A DNA stretch of 64,000 bases from Acidobacteriota bacterium (GTDB lineage: Bacteria > Acidobacteriota > UBA6911 > RPQK01 > JAJDTT01), in assembly GCA_965263035.1 (NCBI GenBank), contig OZ253580.1, positions 2,304,001 through 2,368,000 on the forward strand, given 5' to 3'. Every line of letters starts with the position of its first letter. Within the stretch, counting starts at the first letter, position 1. Below, one piece after another: positions 8,124 to 18,377 of the stretch. The position numbers and the translations under genes were made by a program. The notes beneath the pieces were generated by a model. That model ran no database searches. It had not been told where the DNA came from and saw only the letters and a program-made list of their open reading frames with translations.

Positions 8124-8375
8124 GTAGGAGCGGCGGCTTTCTTGCCGCCGACAGGGGGGCAGGGGGGACGGAGTCCCCACTTTACACTTTCCCTCCTCTA
8201 CACTTTTCGGCCACCGAATCGCATAGCGGCAATGAAGAGCAGGCGGCAAGAAAACCGCCTTTCCCAATGGGCGATTAGAAATCGCCCCTCCTAGCAGACG
8301 ACAAGAAAGTCGCCACTCCCAGTGGGCGATTAGAAATCGCCCCTCCTGTGGGCGACAAGGATGTCGCCCCTCCTA
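8124..8375. repeat. REPIN-like composite repeat (GGAG-type REP pair plus tandem 26-28 nt hairpin units)
   Basis: AGGAGCGGCGGCTTTCTTGCCGCC, conserved spacer, inverted partner, then 4 tandem GGCGA(C/T)(A/T)AGAAA(G)TCGCCCCTCC-like units; homologous to 20320 and 46312. Confidence 0.85.
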
Positions 8376-9809
8376 GCGCCGGGATAGCAGCCAACCGAAT
8401 CCCAGGGTCCCCCAGATCAACCCGTGCTCGGCCAGCCGGGTCCAGGTCCACCAGATCTCCGGAAGCCGCTGGTACTCGAAGTGGAAGCTGAGGTAGTAGA
8501 GACCGGCCGCGCCCGAGAGAGCGACGACGGCGGGCGCCGTCAACGCGAACCGTGAAGTCGCGGGTAGCAGCGCCGCCAGAACCACGGCGTACCAGGGAAA
8601 AGGCGCGGGCAGGAGGAGGAACCAGAACAGCAGGACCCACTGGCAGACCCCGATCAGCTCCACCGGCGATCCGGGGGACCGGAGGCGGACCCAGGGCACA
8701 GCCACGGCGATGACCAGGATCAGGATGCCGCAGGCGAGCCGAGGCTGGGGGAGCAGATACTCCAACAGGTCGAAGGCGCCCTGGTTCATCGTCCAGCGTT
8801 CCGCGTAGCTCCTGAGACCTTCGGTCAACCGATCCAGGCCCAGCGGCGAGAAGGGCAGGTACCCCAGCACGAGCCCCATCAGAGACCCGGCCGCGAAGGT
8901 GACGGCCTTCTTCCCGCCCGAAACACGCGAGACGAACCGGAAAGCGGCCGGCAGCAGGAGGATGGGATACAGCTTGGAGAGCACGCCTCCGGCCATAGAT
9001 CCGGCCGCGGCCAGGAGCCAGGGCCAGCCCCCGCGAACCTGCATGCGCTCCAGACTCAAAATGAGAAGCACCACGAAAAAGGCGGGCAGGATGTCCAGGT
9101 GGACCGAATTGGTGACCTCCTTCAGCACCAGCGGGTTCCAAGCGTACAGGAGCACCCGGGACGGGGAAGAGCCCAGACGGGTGAGCAGCAGGACGATCAG
9201 CCCGATGAGGGCCAGGTCGACCAAGGTGAAAAGAACCCGGAGTCCGGTCCAGTTCCAGCCGCCCAATAGACCTCCGACGGCGAACGCCGCCTGAGCCGCC
9301 GGAGGGTAGAGGGTGGGGATCTCGGCGTACCCGATGCGGGAGATCACCTCCTGAGCCTGGGGGTCCGACAGCGCCCGTTCCAGAGGCTCCGGAGGAAGAA
9401 GCGACAGCTCCAGAGGCGATTGCTGGTAGGGATTCACGCCCGCCGACAGCACCTGTCCGTCCAGCACGTAGCGATAAACGTCGTTTTCCTGAATCAGGCC
9501 GGAGGGGAACAGCAGGAGGCGGGCCGCCAGGGCCGTCGCCAGGATCAGGAGAAGCGGCGCTTGGCGATCCCGCCTGCGGAGCTGAAGGTAGCCCAGGAAA
9601 AAACCGGTCCAGGCGCAAGCGTAGAGCAGGACGAAGGTCAGGATGGGACGGTCGGCATGCCCCTCGCCGTAGTCGAATTGGAAGCTGAGCCAAGTCCAGC
9701 CGGCACAAGAGAGAATGATCAGCAAGGAAGCCGCCGGCCAGGTTCCGCGCCTCCAACCGGCCGGCTTGTCCTCTACGGATTCGTGATCCTCGGCCGGCAG
9801 TCCTTTCAT
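8373..9809 (-). CDS. Membrane glycosyltransferase (GT-C/GT87-like)
   Basis: [10 protein letters not shown]...GVNPY, PTLYPP and YAWNPL motifs; polytopic; 4-bp overlap with uvrA. Confidence 0.75.
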   Translation of the reverse strand: MKGLPAEDHESVEDKPAGWRRGTWPAASLLIILSCAGWTWLSFQFDYGEGHADRPILTFVLLYACAWTGFFLGYLQLRRRDRQAPLLLILATALAARLLLFPSGLIQENDVYRYVLDGQVLSAGVNPYQQSPLELSLLPPEPLERALSDPQAQEVISRIGYAEIPTLYPPAAQAAFAVGGLLGGWNWTGLRVLFTLVDLALIGLIVLLLTRLGSSPSRVLLYAWNPLVLKEVTNSVHLDILPAFFVVLLILSLERMQVRGGWPWLLAAAGSMAGGVLSKLYPILLLPAAFRFVSRVSGGKKAVTFAAGSLMGLVLGYLPFSPLGLDRLTEGLRSYAERWTMNQGAFDLLEYLLPQPRLACGILILVIAVAVPWVRLRSPGSPVELIGVCQWVLLFWFLLLPAPFPWYAVVLAALLPATSRFALTAPAVVALSGAAGLYYLSFHFEYQRLPEIWWTWTRLAEHGLIWGTLGFGWLLSRR

Positions 9810-12607
9810 CCAGCCAGAACCTGGCGCAGGGCATCACCGGTATAGGAGCCGGTAAACCCGGCCACCGTTTTCGGCGGACCGGTGCAGACCACGGTGCCGC
9901 CGGCCCTCCCTCCGCCGGGCCCCAGATCGATGATCCAATCGGCGCTCTTGACCACCTCCATATTGTGCTCGATGACGATCACCGTATTCCCCACCTCCAC
10001 CAAGCGGTGGAGAATTTCCAGAAGCCGTCTCACGTCCTCGAAGTGAAGACCCGTCGTGGGCTCGTCCAGAATGTAGACGGTGTTCCCGGTCGCCCTCCGA
10101 TTGAGCTCGCTGGCCAGTTTCACCCGTTGGGCCTCTCCTCCCGAAAGAGTCGTGGCCGACTGGCCCAGCCGGATGTATCCGAGCCCCACCTCCAACAGGG
10201 TGGTCAGACGGGACTTGATGGTGGGGATGTTCTCCAGGAGCTCGCAGGCCTCCTCCACCGTCATGCCCAGCACGTCCGAGATGGAATAGCCGCGGTAGAG
10301 AATGGCGCGGGTCTCCCGGTTGTACCGGGTGCCGGCGCAACTCTCGCACACGACGTGGACGTCGGGCAGGAAGCTCATCTCGATCTTGCTCAATCCGTTG
10401 CCCCGGCAGGCTTCACACCGGCCGCCCCGCACGTTGAAGCTGAAACGTCCGGCCTTGTAGCCCCGGGACCGGGACTCGGGCAGAAGGGAAAAGAGTTGCC
10501 GGATGGGAGTGAAGACGCCGGTGTAGGTGGCCGGGTTCGACCGCGGGGTGCGGCCGATGGGCGACTGGTCGATCTCGATGACCTTGTCCACGTGCTCCAG
10601 GCCCCGGATCTCCCGATGGGGACCCGGCTCCGCGAACGAACCGTAGAGCTCCCGGCTCAGGGCGCGGTGGAGCACTTCGCTCACCAGCGACGACTTGCCC
10701 GAGCCCGAAACTCCGGTCACCAGGACCAGCCGTCCCAGCGGGAAGCTGACGTCGATGTCCCGGAGGTTGTTGTGGGTCGCGCCCAGGACTTCGATGGACC
10801 GGGGCTCTCCGGCGTGGCTCCTTTCGGGAGGCTCGATCCGGCGGGTTCCCCGAAGGTAGGCCCCAGTCAGGGAATCGGGATGGTCCAGAATCTCCTGGAG
10901 GCTGCCGGCGGCCACCACCTGCCCCCCGTGGCTGGCCGCGCCGGGTCCCAGGTCCACCACGTAGTCGCCGTTGCGGATGGTCTCCTCGTCGTGCTCCACG
11001 ATGAGGATCGTGTTCCCCAAGTCCCGGAGCTGGCGCAGGCTGGCCAGCAGACTCGCCACGTCCCGGGGGTGAAGGCCCACGGAGGGTTCGTCCAGGACGT
11101 AGAGGACGCCGCGGAGCCGGGAGCCCACCTGGGTGGCCAGTCTCACCCGCTGCGCCTCCCCGCCCGAGAGCGAAGCCGCCTTCCGGTCCAGAGTCAGGTA
11201 GGAGAGGCCCACTTCCAGCAGAAACCGGACCCGGTGGCGAATCTCTTCCAGGACCGGTCCGGCAATGGACTCCTGGCGGGGGCTGAGGCGGATGGCCTCC
11301 AGAGCGGGCAGACACTCGTCCAGCGGCATCCGGCAGTATTCGGAAATGGAGCGGTCCTGTATGCGCACCGCCCGGCTCTCCGGACGAAGCCGGCTTCCCT
11401 CGCAGACCGGACAATCCCCCTCGACCATGAAGCTGAGGAGCCGCTGTTTTCTCTTATCGCTTCCGGTGGCCCGGAGCTTCTTCTGGAACCACGGCTCCAA
11501 CCCCGGGAAGCGCGCCGTATAGGTGAGTTCCCCGTAGCGGAAGAGAATCGGTTTTTCGAGACCCGCACGCAGGGCCTGCCAGACGCGGTCGGGATACCGC
11601 CGGAGAGGGACTTCGGGATCCAGGGAGTAGTGCTCCAGGAGGGCTCGCAGAGATTCTTGCAAGAACCGTTTGAGGTCCTGGTCGGGCAGTTCCAGCGAAA
11701 GGGTATCGACGGTGGCGTCCCGGTCCGGGATCAAGCGCCTCAAGTTGACGCGAAGCTGAATCCCCAATCCCTCGCATTCGGAACAGGCGCCGAAACGGCT
11801 GTTGAAGGAGAAGCTGCGAGGCTCCAACTCCGGCATGCTGATTCCACACTGGACACAGGCGGCCCGTTCCGAAAAGAGCAGATCGGATCCGCCGAAGGGA
11901 GCGAAGGCCACCAACCCGTCCGCCATCTCGACGGCGTGTTGAACCGAATTCCGGATTCGGCCCCGGGCCTCCTCCAGAACCTGAAGCCGGTCCACGACGA
12001 TCTCCACCGTGTGGTTCTTCCTCTTGTCCAGTTGCGGAGGTTCCTCCAGGTACTCCATGAATCCGTCCACCCGCGCCCGCAGGTATCCCTCCCTGCGGTA
12101 CCGCTCGAACAACTTCTTGAATTCGCCCTTCCGATCCCGGACCAGAGGAGCCAGGATCATGCCCCGTTTTCCCGGCGCGTCCGCCAGGATCTGCGAGACG
12201 ATCTGGTCCACCGACTGGCGGGTGATGGGGCGGTCGCAGCGCGGGCAACTGGGCATGCCGATGCTGGAAAAGAGGAGCCGCAGGTAGTCGTAGACTTCGG
12301 TGATGGTCCCCACGGTGGAGCGGGGGCTCCGAATAGTGGTCTTCTGCTCGATGGAGATCGCAGGCGACAGCCCTTCGATGGAGTCCACGTCCGGCTTCTC
12401 CATCTTCTCCAGAAACTGCCGGGCATAGGTGGAGAGAGATTCGATGTAGCGCCGCTGTCCCTCGGCGTAGAGGGTGTCGAAGGCCAGGCTCGACTTCCCC
12501 GAACCGCTGAGGCCGGTGATGACGGTGATCCGGTTTCGGGGGAGGTCCAGATCGACGTTCTTCAGGTTATGCTGCCGGGCGCCGCGAACGGAGAGGAGGT
12601 CGGTCAC
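9806..12607 (-). CDS. uvrA: Excinuclease ABC subunit A
   Basis: GARQHNLKN; two Walker A motifs ([18 protein letters not shown]); LSGGEAQR twice; zinc fingers. Confidence 0.98.
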   Translation of the reverse strand: MTDLLSVRGARQHNLKNVDLDLPRNRITVITGLSGSGKSSLAFDTLYAEGQRRYIESLSTYARQFLEKMEKPDVDSIEGLSPAISIEQKTTIRSPRSTVGTITEVYDYLRLLFSSIGMPSCPRCDRPITRQSVDQIVSQILADAPGKRGMILAPLVRDRKGEFKKLFERYRREGYLRARVDGFMEYLEEPPQLDKRKNHTVEIVVDRLQVLEEARGRIRNSVQHAVEMADGLVAFAPFGGSDLLFSERAACVQCGISMPELEPRSFSFNSRFGACSECEGLGIQLRVNLRRLIPDRDATVDTLSLELPDQDLKRFLQESLRALLEHYSLDPEVPLRRYPDRVWQALRAGLEKPILFRYGELTYTARFPGLEPWFQKKLRATGSDKRKQRLLSFMVEGDCPVCEGSRLRPESRAVRIQDRSISEYCRMPLDECLPALEAIRLSPRQESIAGPVLEEIRHRVRFLLEVGLSYLTLDRKAASLSGGEAQRVRLATQVGSRLRGVLYVLDEPSVGLHPRDVASLLASLRQLRDLGNTILIVEHDEETIRNGDYVVDLGPGAASHGGQVVAAGSLQEILDHPDSLTGAYLRGTRRIEPPERSHAGEPRSIEVLGATHNNLRDIDVSFPLGRLVLVTGVSGSGKSSLVSEVLHRALSRELYGSFAEPGPHREIRGLEHVDKVIEIDQSPIGRTPRSNPATYTGVFTPIRQLFSLLPESRSRGYKAGRFSFNVRGGRCEACRGNGLSKIEMSFLPDVHVVCESCAGTRYNRETRAILYRGYSISDVLGMTVEEACELLENIPTIKSRLTTLLEVGLGYIRLGQSATTLSGGEAQRVKLASELNRRATGNTVYILDEPTTGLHFEDVRRLLEILHRLVEVGNTVIVIEHNMEVVKSADWIIDLGPGGGRAGGTVVCTGPPKTVAGFTGSYTGDALRQVLAG

Positions 12608-12617
12608 TATCTAAGAG

Positions 12618-12649
12618 AAATCCCAAATCCCAAACGATAAATCCCAAAC
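12618..12649. repeat. Heptamer tandem repeat directly upstream of uvrA
   Basis: AAATCCC AAATCCC AAACGAT AAATCCC AAAC. Confidence 0.7.
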
Positions 12650-12790
12650 GGAAGACCGGAAACTACAGGAGGCCTGATCATGTTCGCCGCCGGTGGGCAC
12701 GTAGGGGGCCCTCTTTCGTTTGCTGAAGCGGGGTGACTATCTGGTCACCCATTCGCCCATGCTCGCCTGATCCAATGGCGGCTTGGGAGA

Positions 12791-12814
12791 TCGGCGGTTG
12801 GAAACCGCCGCTCC
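12791..12814. repeat. Single GGAG-type REP
   Basis: TCGGCGGTTGGAAACCGCCGCTCC hairpin, related to the 8124 family. Confidence 0.6.
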
Positions 12815-12830
12815 ACGCCGCCGCTCCTGG

Positions 12831-14234
12831 TCAAGGCACCCGCAGGCGGTAGGTCCGGAGCTGGCCTCCCCGAAGATAATGGAGAATCAGAAATCCATCC
12901 ACCCCCGTCTGCGAGGACCTCTGCAGATCGACCGTAGATGCTACGGAGTGGCCGTTGACCCGGATCAGGATATCTCCGCTGCGGAGACCCGCCCGGTAAC
13001 CGATGCTTTCGATCCCCACCGATTTCACCCGGAGTCCTCTCTCGATCGGGCCCGAGGCCCCAACCATTCCATCCGGCACCCAGGGATCGACGACCAGTCC
13101 CAAACCGGTTGGAACCGGCACCAGCACCCTCTGTAGAAACATCTCTTCGATCAGACGGCCGCCGGCGGCGGCGGGCAACTCCATCCGCCAAGCCAGATGC
13201 GAATGCAGAGGGGGTCTCGGCGCCAAGGTGGCCTCGACTTCCCGGGTGACGCCTCCCCGCCGGATCACCAGATCCAGCCGCGATCCCGGCTCCCTTCGGC
13301 GGATGGCCTCCAAGAGGCCCTCCAGCGACGGAGCTTGCCGCTCCGCCACTTTCAACACCACGTCCCCCGACTGGAGTCCTGCCCTTTCCGCCGGGCTCCC
13401 AGGTTCGATTCCATCGATCTGCGGCCCGTCTCCGCCTGCTCTCACGTAGACTCCCAGCCAACCCGAACGAACGTGACCGTTTCTGGACACCACCTGCCGG
13501 GCAGACTGCCGCACCAACGACCAGGGCAGAAGCCGGCAGCTGAGACTCCGCCCCAGCGGATGACGGCTCACGCGTGTCACCAGACCCAAGACCTGTTGGT
13601 TGTGGTCCAGCAGGAACCCACCTTCCCAGAGGCCCGCCTCGTGGGGCACTTCCCGAGGTCTCAACAGGACCGTCCTCTCGGGGCTGATCTGCTCCGGTTC
13701 CCAGCGGAGAATCTTGCAGGAGAGGACGTTCCAGCCAGACTCTCCGGCGTAAGCCATGCGGACCTGTGTCGGGTTGGCTTCGCTCGGCGCCGGCAGAGCC
13801 GGCCGAAATGGACCGGCGTGTTCCAGAACCGCCAGACTCATCCGCTCGTCCACCCCCACCAGCCGAAGCGGGGCCTGGTCCGCCGCTCCCGGTCTCAGAA
13901 CGATCTTCACGGCAGGATGGTCCAGATCGACCCCGTGGCTGCCCAGATAGGAGACGATGTGCCCGGAGTCGAGAAAGGCCCCTTCCAGCAGGATCTTCTC
14001 GTGCACCTGGACCTGGGGCACCATCCCGTCCCGGTAGACGACGCCGTGGAAACGACGTCCCATGGAGAGCCGGACCATGGAATCCTGGACCGGTTCGGGT
14101 GGTGCCGCCTCAGCGGCGGCGGAACTGGCCAACGCCAGCACAACCAGCACCGCCGCCATCGGTGCAGCCGGAGGAAGGGTCAGGCGTTTCAAGGGATTCA
14201 GGAGTCTGGTGGCGCCGAATAAGTTGGAGGCCAT
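12831..14234 (-). CDS. HtrA/DegP-like protein with a degenerate trypsin domain and two PDZ domains
   Basis: RSGWLGV, PGSPAERAGLQSGDVVLKV and RAGLRSGDILIRVNG PDZ motifs; signal-like N-terminus; start uncertain. Confidence 0.75.
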   Translation of the reverse strand: MASNLFGATRLLNPLKRLTLPPAAPMAAVLVVLALASSAAAEAAPPEPVQDSMVRLSMGRRFHGVVYRDGMVPQVQVHEKILLEGAFLDSGHIVSYLGSHGVDLDHPAVKIVLRPGAADQAPLRLVGVDERMSLAVLEHAGPFRPALPAPSEANPTQVRMAYAGESGWNVLSCKILRWEPEQISPERTVLLRPREVPHEAGLWEGGFLLDHNQQVLGLVTRVSRHPLGRSLSCRLLPWSLVRQSARQVVSRNGHVRSGWLGVYVRAGGDGPQIDGIEPGSPAERAGLQSGDVVLKVAERQAPSLEGLLEAIRRREPGSRLDLVIRRGGVTREVEATLAPRPPLHSHLAWRMELPAAAGGRLIEEMFLQRVLVPVPTGLGLVVDPWVPDGMVGASGPIERGLRVKSVGIESIGYRAGLRSGDILIRVNGHSVASTVDLQRSSQTGVDGFLILHYLRGGQLRTYRLRVP

Positions 14235-14313
14235 GAAACCGAAGCGAACCACAAGCATCCACAAACACAAATTCGTCACCGGGGGAGCGGTGAGAAACAC
14301 GGATCAGGGGTTA

Positions 14314-14351
14314 GGCCTGCGCCGCAGAAATTGGTCTACCGCGCAGACTCC
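14314..14351. mobile_element. Minimal 38-bp derivative of MITE family 1 (fused ends)
   Basis: GGCCTGCGCCGCAGAAATTGGTCTACCGCGCAGACTCC equals the two termini of the 161-bp element joined at TCTAC; flanked by TA. Confidence 0.75.
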
Positions 14352-14905
14352 TAGTGGCTGACCCGTTGCCAGTAGAGCCCGTGATGCAGGCCGCTGGTAC
14401 GCACCTCGACGGTGCGGGGCACCCGCACCAGAACCGGTGTTCCGGAAGAGTCTTCCGCGCGGAGTTCGATATAGGAGGATGACACCGGCTGGTCTTCCTT
14501 GACCCAACGATGAAGGTCTTCCCGCTGGGAGCGGTTCCGGACCCAATCCCGGGGACTCTGCGACCGCCGCGACTCCACGACCGGGCTCTCACCGCCGCCG
14601 GAAACCTCCGCCGACTGTGATGGAACCAGAACCCCGCTGGTCACGAACAGCATCACCGAAGCCAACCCCCGTAGAACCAGACGCTCCAAGTCACCGCCGG
14701 ACATGAAACCTCCCGCAATCTTGCGGTAGAAGTCCGGCGGCGCCTTCACCCCCTGTCTGAGTGAGCGGTTCATTGTCTCCAGCGCCGCCAGATCCTCATA
14801 GAGTCCGCGGCAACCGGAGCATTCATGAAGGTGGGCCAAGACGCTGGCCTGCTGGACGTTCGTCCCCTCGTCCAGCAGCTTTTCTTCGATCTCCCGGCAG
14901 TTCAT
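14351..14905 (-). CDS. Zinc-finger (HxxxCxxC) transmembrane anti-sigma factor
   Basis: MNC...HLHECSGC; one TM-like segment; overlaps the sigma stop codon. Confidence 0.8.
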   Translation of the reverse strand: MNCREIEEKLLDEGTNVQQASVLAHLHECSGCRGLYEDLAALETMNRSLRQGVKAPPDFYRKIAGGFMSGGDLERLVLRGLASVMLFVTSGVLVPSQSAEVSGGGESPVVESRRSQSPRDWVRNRSQREDLHRWVKEDQPVSSSYIELRAEDSSGTPVLVRVPRTVEVRTSGLHHGLYWQRVSH

Positions 14906-15486
14906 AAAAACCTGGAAAGCTTGTCTCGAAGCAGCCGCTTGGCCCGGTGGAGCCTCGATTTTACGGTCCCCACCGAAAGGTTCAACACGGTGCCCGTTTC
15001 CTGCAGCGATAGCTCCTGGACCTCCTTGAGAACGAAGACCAGGCGATAGCGCGGGGGCAACGAGTCGATGGCGGTACGCAGCAACCGAGCCTTCTCCTTG
15101 CTCCCCAGATCGGCTTCGGGTGAAGGCCGGTCGTCACTGACCTGGATTTCCGTTTCTCCCTGTTCGGAGTTACCGAAGAGCCGCTGGGTCAGAAAGAAAC
15201 CCCGCCGCTTTCTCCGCCGCATCTCGTCCAGGGCGAGGTTGGTGGCGATCTTGTAGATCCAGGTCGAGAACCGGTAGTTGCCCTTGTACCGGTGAGCGTG
15301 GCGGAAGACTCGGATGAACGTTTCCTGCGAGAGGTCCACCGCCTGATCGTAGTCGCGGATGAGATTGTAGATGTAGTTGACCAAACGGTCCTGGTAACGG
15401 TCTACCAGAACCTGAAAGGCGTACTCATCGCCTTTCAGGTAGGCGACGATGAGGGCGTTATCGGCAAATGTCAGAGTGCCGGCCAA
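14902..15486 (-). CDS. ECF RNA polymerase sigma factor (RpoE/SigW-like)
   Basis: DLSQETFIRVF, FSTWIYKIATN, GTVKSRLHRA; TTG start with GGGAGG RBS. Confidence 0.93.
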   Translation of the reverse strand: MAGTLTFADNALIVAYLKGDEYAFQVLVDRYQDRLVNYIYNLIRDYDQAVDLSQETFIRVFRHAHRYKGNYRFSTWIYKIATNLALDEMRRRKRRGFFLTQRLFGNSEQGETEIQVSDDRPSPEADLGSKEKARLLRTAIDSLPPRYRLVFVLKEVQELSLQETGTVLNLSVGTVKSRLHRAKRLLRDKLSRFL

Positions 15487-15509
15487 GTGTTCAACCTCCC
15501 TAATTAACT

Positions 15510-15539
15510 AAGACGGCAGGAAATGCCAATTTGTTCCAA
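15510..15539 (-). promoter_or_regulatory. Putative autoregulatory ECF promoter
   Basis: TTGGAAC-N17-CGTCTT upstream of the RBS; AAC and CGTC are typical ECF -35/-10 cores. Confidence 0.65.
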
Positions 15540-15639
15540 CTAAATTTCATTTCGAGTTGAATTCCTGCCTCCAGCCGCCCGTGTCATCCCTGGCCCAACC
15601 TGCCTTGGGAATTCGGCGGCAAGAAAGCCGCCGGTCCTG

Positions 15640-18231
15640 TCACTTGGCTTCATACCAGGATCGCCCCACGGCCATGTCCACCTTCAGCGGCACCTGCAGG
15701 GAAGCCACCTCTTCCATCTTCTCCCGGACCAGTTCCCGGACTTCGTCCATCTCCGCTTCCAGCACCTCCACCACCAACTCGTCGTGCACCTGCAGAATGA
15801 GCCTGCTTGAGAGCCCTCTCCGGGAAAGGGACCGGTGAGTCGAGACCATGGCCATCTTGATCAGGTCCGCGGCCGTGCCCTGGATGGGGGCGTTGATGGC
15901 GGTCCGCTCCCCGAAGCTCCTGAGGTTCCAGTTCTTGCTCTTCAGTTCCGGGATCTGGCGGATACGACCGAAAAGGGTTCGCACATACCCCGTCTCGTAA
16001 GCCTCCGCCAGAGTCGATTCCGACCAGCGCTTGATGCCCTGGTAACGCTGGAAGTACTCGTCGATGAGACGCTTGGCTTCCCACCGTCCGATCTCCAAGT
16101 TCCGAGCCAGGCCGAAGGCGCTGACCCCGTAGAGGATCCCGAAATTGATGATCTTGGCGTAGCGGCGCCGTTCCCGGGGACTCAGATCGGTGCTCTCCCC
16201 CAGGACCTCGGCGGCCGTCCGCTCGTGGATATCCTCTCCCTGGCGGAATGCGTCCACCAGGACCGGATCCTCGGAGAGGTGTGCCATGACTCTGAGCTCG
16301 ATTTGCGAATAGTCGGCCGCCAGCAGCCAATATCCCTCTTCGGCCACGAAGGCTCGCCGGATCTCCCGGCCCAGATCGGTCTTGATGGGGATGTTCTGGA
16401 GGTTGGGGTTGCTGGAGGAGAGGCGCCCCGTCGCCGCCACCATCTGGTTGTAGGAGGTGTGGATCCTGCCGGAACCGGGGTCGACCAGTCCGGGCAGCGC
16501 GTCCAGGTAGGTGTTCTTCAGCTTCGTCTGCTCCCGGTACTCGAGGACGCGTTCGGCGATCTCGTGCTCGCCGGCCAACCGTTGCAGCACCTCGACTCCG
16601 GTGGAGAAGTGTTTCGCCTTGGGCGTCTTCTTGGGGGGAGGGAGTCCCAGTTTCTCGAACAGGATCGCCCCGAGTTGCTTGGGCGAGTTGAGGTTGAACT
16701 TCTCGCCGGCCAGTTCGGTGATGCGGTCCGCGAGGACCTGGATCTCCTGGCCCATTTGGCGCGACATGGACTCCAGCATCTCCCGGTCCACCTTCACCCC
16801 GGCGGCCTCCATGTCGGCCAACACCTGCACCAGGGGAATCTCCACCTCGAGGAGCAGATCCTCCAACCCGTGGGTCCTGACCGCCGCCTCCAGCACGCGG
16901 AAGAGCCGAAGGGTCAGGTCGGCCGACCGGGCCAGCAGCTCCTCCTCGTCCGGGAAGAGGCCCGCTTCGGACTCGCTCAGCCGGGTCTGGAGACGCTGGG
17001 TCGCCAGACGCTTCAACGAGAAGTCGTTCTGGTTGGGAGTCAACAGGTAGGCCATGAGGCGCGTATCGGCGAACTCGGACGTCAGCTGCCACCCCCGGGT
17101 CCGAGCCAGCATGAGCAAGGGCTTCAAATCGTGAATGATCCACCGTTTGGGTCGATTCAAGAGGGAGAGGATCCGGTCGGAGCCTCCCTTCAGGAGATCC
17201 CCACTCAAGTGGATCCCCTTCCCCTGTCCCATCGAAACGCCGACGCCCCGCACAGGCTCCCCTTTGGCGCCGGGAAGCAGCGCCAATCCGGCCTCGGCGC
17301 CTTCCAACCGGGTCAGGAGGGCGTCCAGCTGCGAGCCGCTCTCGAATCGCTCGTACTCGCCTCCGGCCGCCTCCGGTTCGGGTAGGAACTCCTCCAGCAG
17401 TCTGGTGAAATTCAGCTCCAGGAAGAGCTTCCGGCCCTCGGCCGGATCCGGTTCCGCGACCCTGAGGGTCTCCAGGTCCAGATCCAGCGGAATCCGGTCG
17501 TACATGGTCACCAGTTCGCGGCTCTGCCGGACCACGGCTTCGTTCTGCTGGAGACTCTCCCGATAGGTCTTGCGCCGGACCTCGTCCCTGTGGGCCAGCA
17601 GATTGTCCAGATCCCCGTAGCTCCGGAGCAGCAGCGCGGCGCCCTTCTGGCCGATTCCCTTCGCGCCCGGGATGTTGTCGGAGGTGTCGCCGACCAGGCT
17701 CAGGAAGTCGCCCAGTTGCTGAGGCCTGACTCCGAACTTCTTCTCCACCTTGGCCGCGTCGAATCGGGTCATGGTTCGCGTATCGAGAATGGTCACGCCC
17801 GAGTCCACGATCTGGAAAAGGTCCTTGTCGACGGTGACGATGACCACCTCCAGACCGTTTTTCCCCGCCTGCCGGGTGACGGTGGCGATAATGTCGTCCG
17901 CCTCGTATCCCGGGTGGGAGAGCATGGGCACCCGAAAGACCCGGCACACCCGATGGAGGTAGGGGATCTGCCGCGACAGGTCTTCCGGCATGGGTGGCCG
18001 GGTCGCCTTGTAGTCGGGAAACTGCTCGTGCCGAACCGTGGGCCCGGGAAGATCCATGGCCACGGCCAGATAGTCCGGCTTCTCTTCCTCGACCAGCTTG
18101 CGCAGCATGCTCGTGAATCCGAAGACGGCGCCGGTGGGAAGCCCCTCCCGGTTGGTCAATCTCCGGATGGCATAGTACGCCCGGTAGAACTGGGACATGC
18201 CGTCGATGATGTAGAGGCGTGGAGCCGGCAC
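15640..18231 (-). CDS. polA: DNA polymerase I
   Basis: 5'-3' exonuclease motifs (YEADD, GDTSDNIPG); motif A DYSQIELR; motif B KIINFGILYG; motif C QVHDEL. Confidence 0.98.
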   Translation of the reverse strand: MPAPRLYIIDGMSQFYRAYYAIRRLTNREGLPTGAVFGFTSMLRKLVEEEKPDYLAVAMDLPGPTVRHEQFPDYKATRPPMPEDLSRQIPYLHRVCRVFRVPMLSHPGYEADDIIATVTRQAGKNGLEVVIVTVDKDLFQIVDSGVTILDTRTMTRFDAAKVEKKFGVRPQQLGDFLSLVGDTSDNIPGAKGIGQKGAALLLRSYGDLDNLLAHRDEVRRKTYRESLQQNEAVVRQSRELVTMYDRIPLDLDLETLRVAEPDPAEGRKLFLELNFTRLLEEFLPEPEAAGGEYERFESGSQLDALLTRLEGAEAGLALLPGAKGEPVRGVGVSMGQGKGIHLSGDLLKGGSDRILSLLNRPKRWIIHDLKPLLMLARTRGWQLTSEFADTRLMAYLLTPNQNDFSLKRLATQRLQTRLSESEAGLFPDEEELLARSADLTLRLFRVLEAAVRTHGLEDLLLEVEIPLVQVLADMEAAGVKVDREMLESMSRQMGQEIQVLADRITELAGEKFNLNSPKQLGAILFEKLGLPPPKKTPKAKHFSTGVEVLQRLAGEHEIAERVLEYREQTKLKNTYLDALPGLVDPGSGRIHTSYNQMVAATGRLSSSNPNLQNIPIKTDLGREIRRAFVAEEGYWLLAADYSQIELRVMAHLSEDPVLVDAFRQGEDIHERTAAEVLGESTDLSPRERRRYAKIINFGILYGVSAFGLARNLEIGRWEAKRLIDEYFQRYQGIKRWSESTLAEAYETGYVRTLFGRIRQIPELKSKNWNLRSFGERTAINAPIQGTAADLIKMAMVSTHRSLSRRGLSSRLILQVHDELVVEVLEAEMDEVRELVREKMEEVASLQVPLKVDMAVGRSWYEAK

Positions 18232-18310
18232 AACTCTTCGATTTTATCAGCCGACAGCAGAAGTCGTCGCGTCATCCATCCCGCGCCGGGTCCCGGTGGA
18301 CGGTGACGAA

Positions 18311-18337
18311 GGGCGGCCACACAAGGGCTGCCCCTAC
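18311..18337. repeat. GTAG-type REP
   Basis: GGGCGGCCACACAAGGGCTGCCCCTAC. Confidence 0.65.
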
Positions 18338-18377
18338 GTCGCCTCAATTCTTGCGGGGCGAGGGTTGGTCCCTTACG

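Noticed and set aside
8268-8375. Tandem ~27-nt palindromic units as a CRISPR array
   Set aside because: The units are contiguous with no unique spacers, there are no cas genes, and the same units recur in dispersed REPIN-like elements.
9965-12640. 891-aa + strand ORF and other long antisense ORFs (e.g. 50984-53848, 15835-17385)
   Set aside because: Shadow ORFs opposite well-supported genes, expected from high-GC codon bias; no recognisable motifs.
12731-12750. GGGTGAC..GTCACCC hairpin as a sixth cassette site
   Set aside because: It has a 6-nt loop and lacks the GTCCCC arm and GAGA/TCTC ends.
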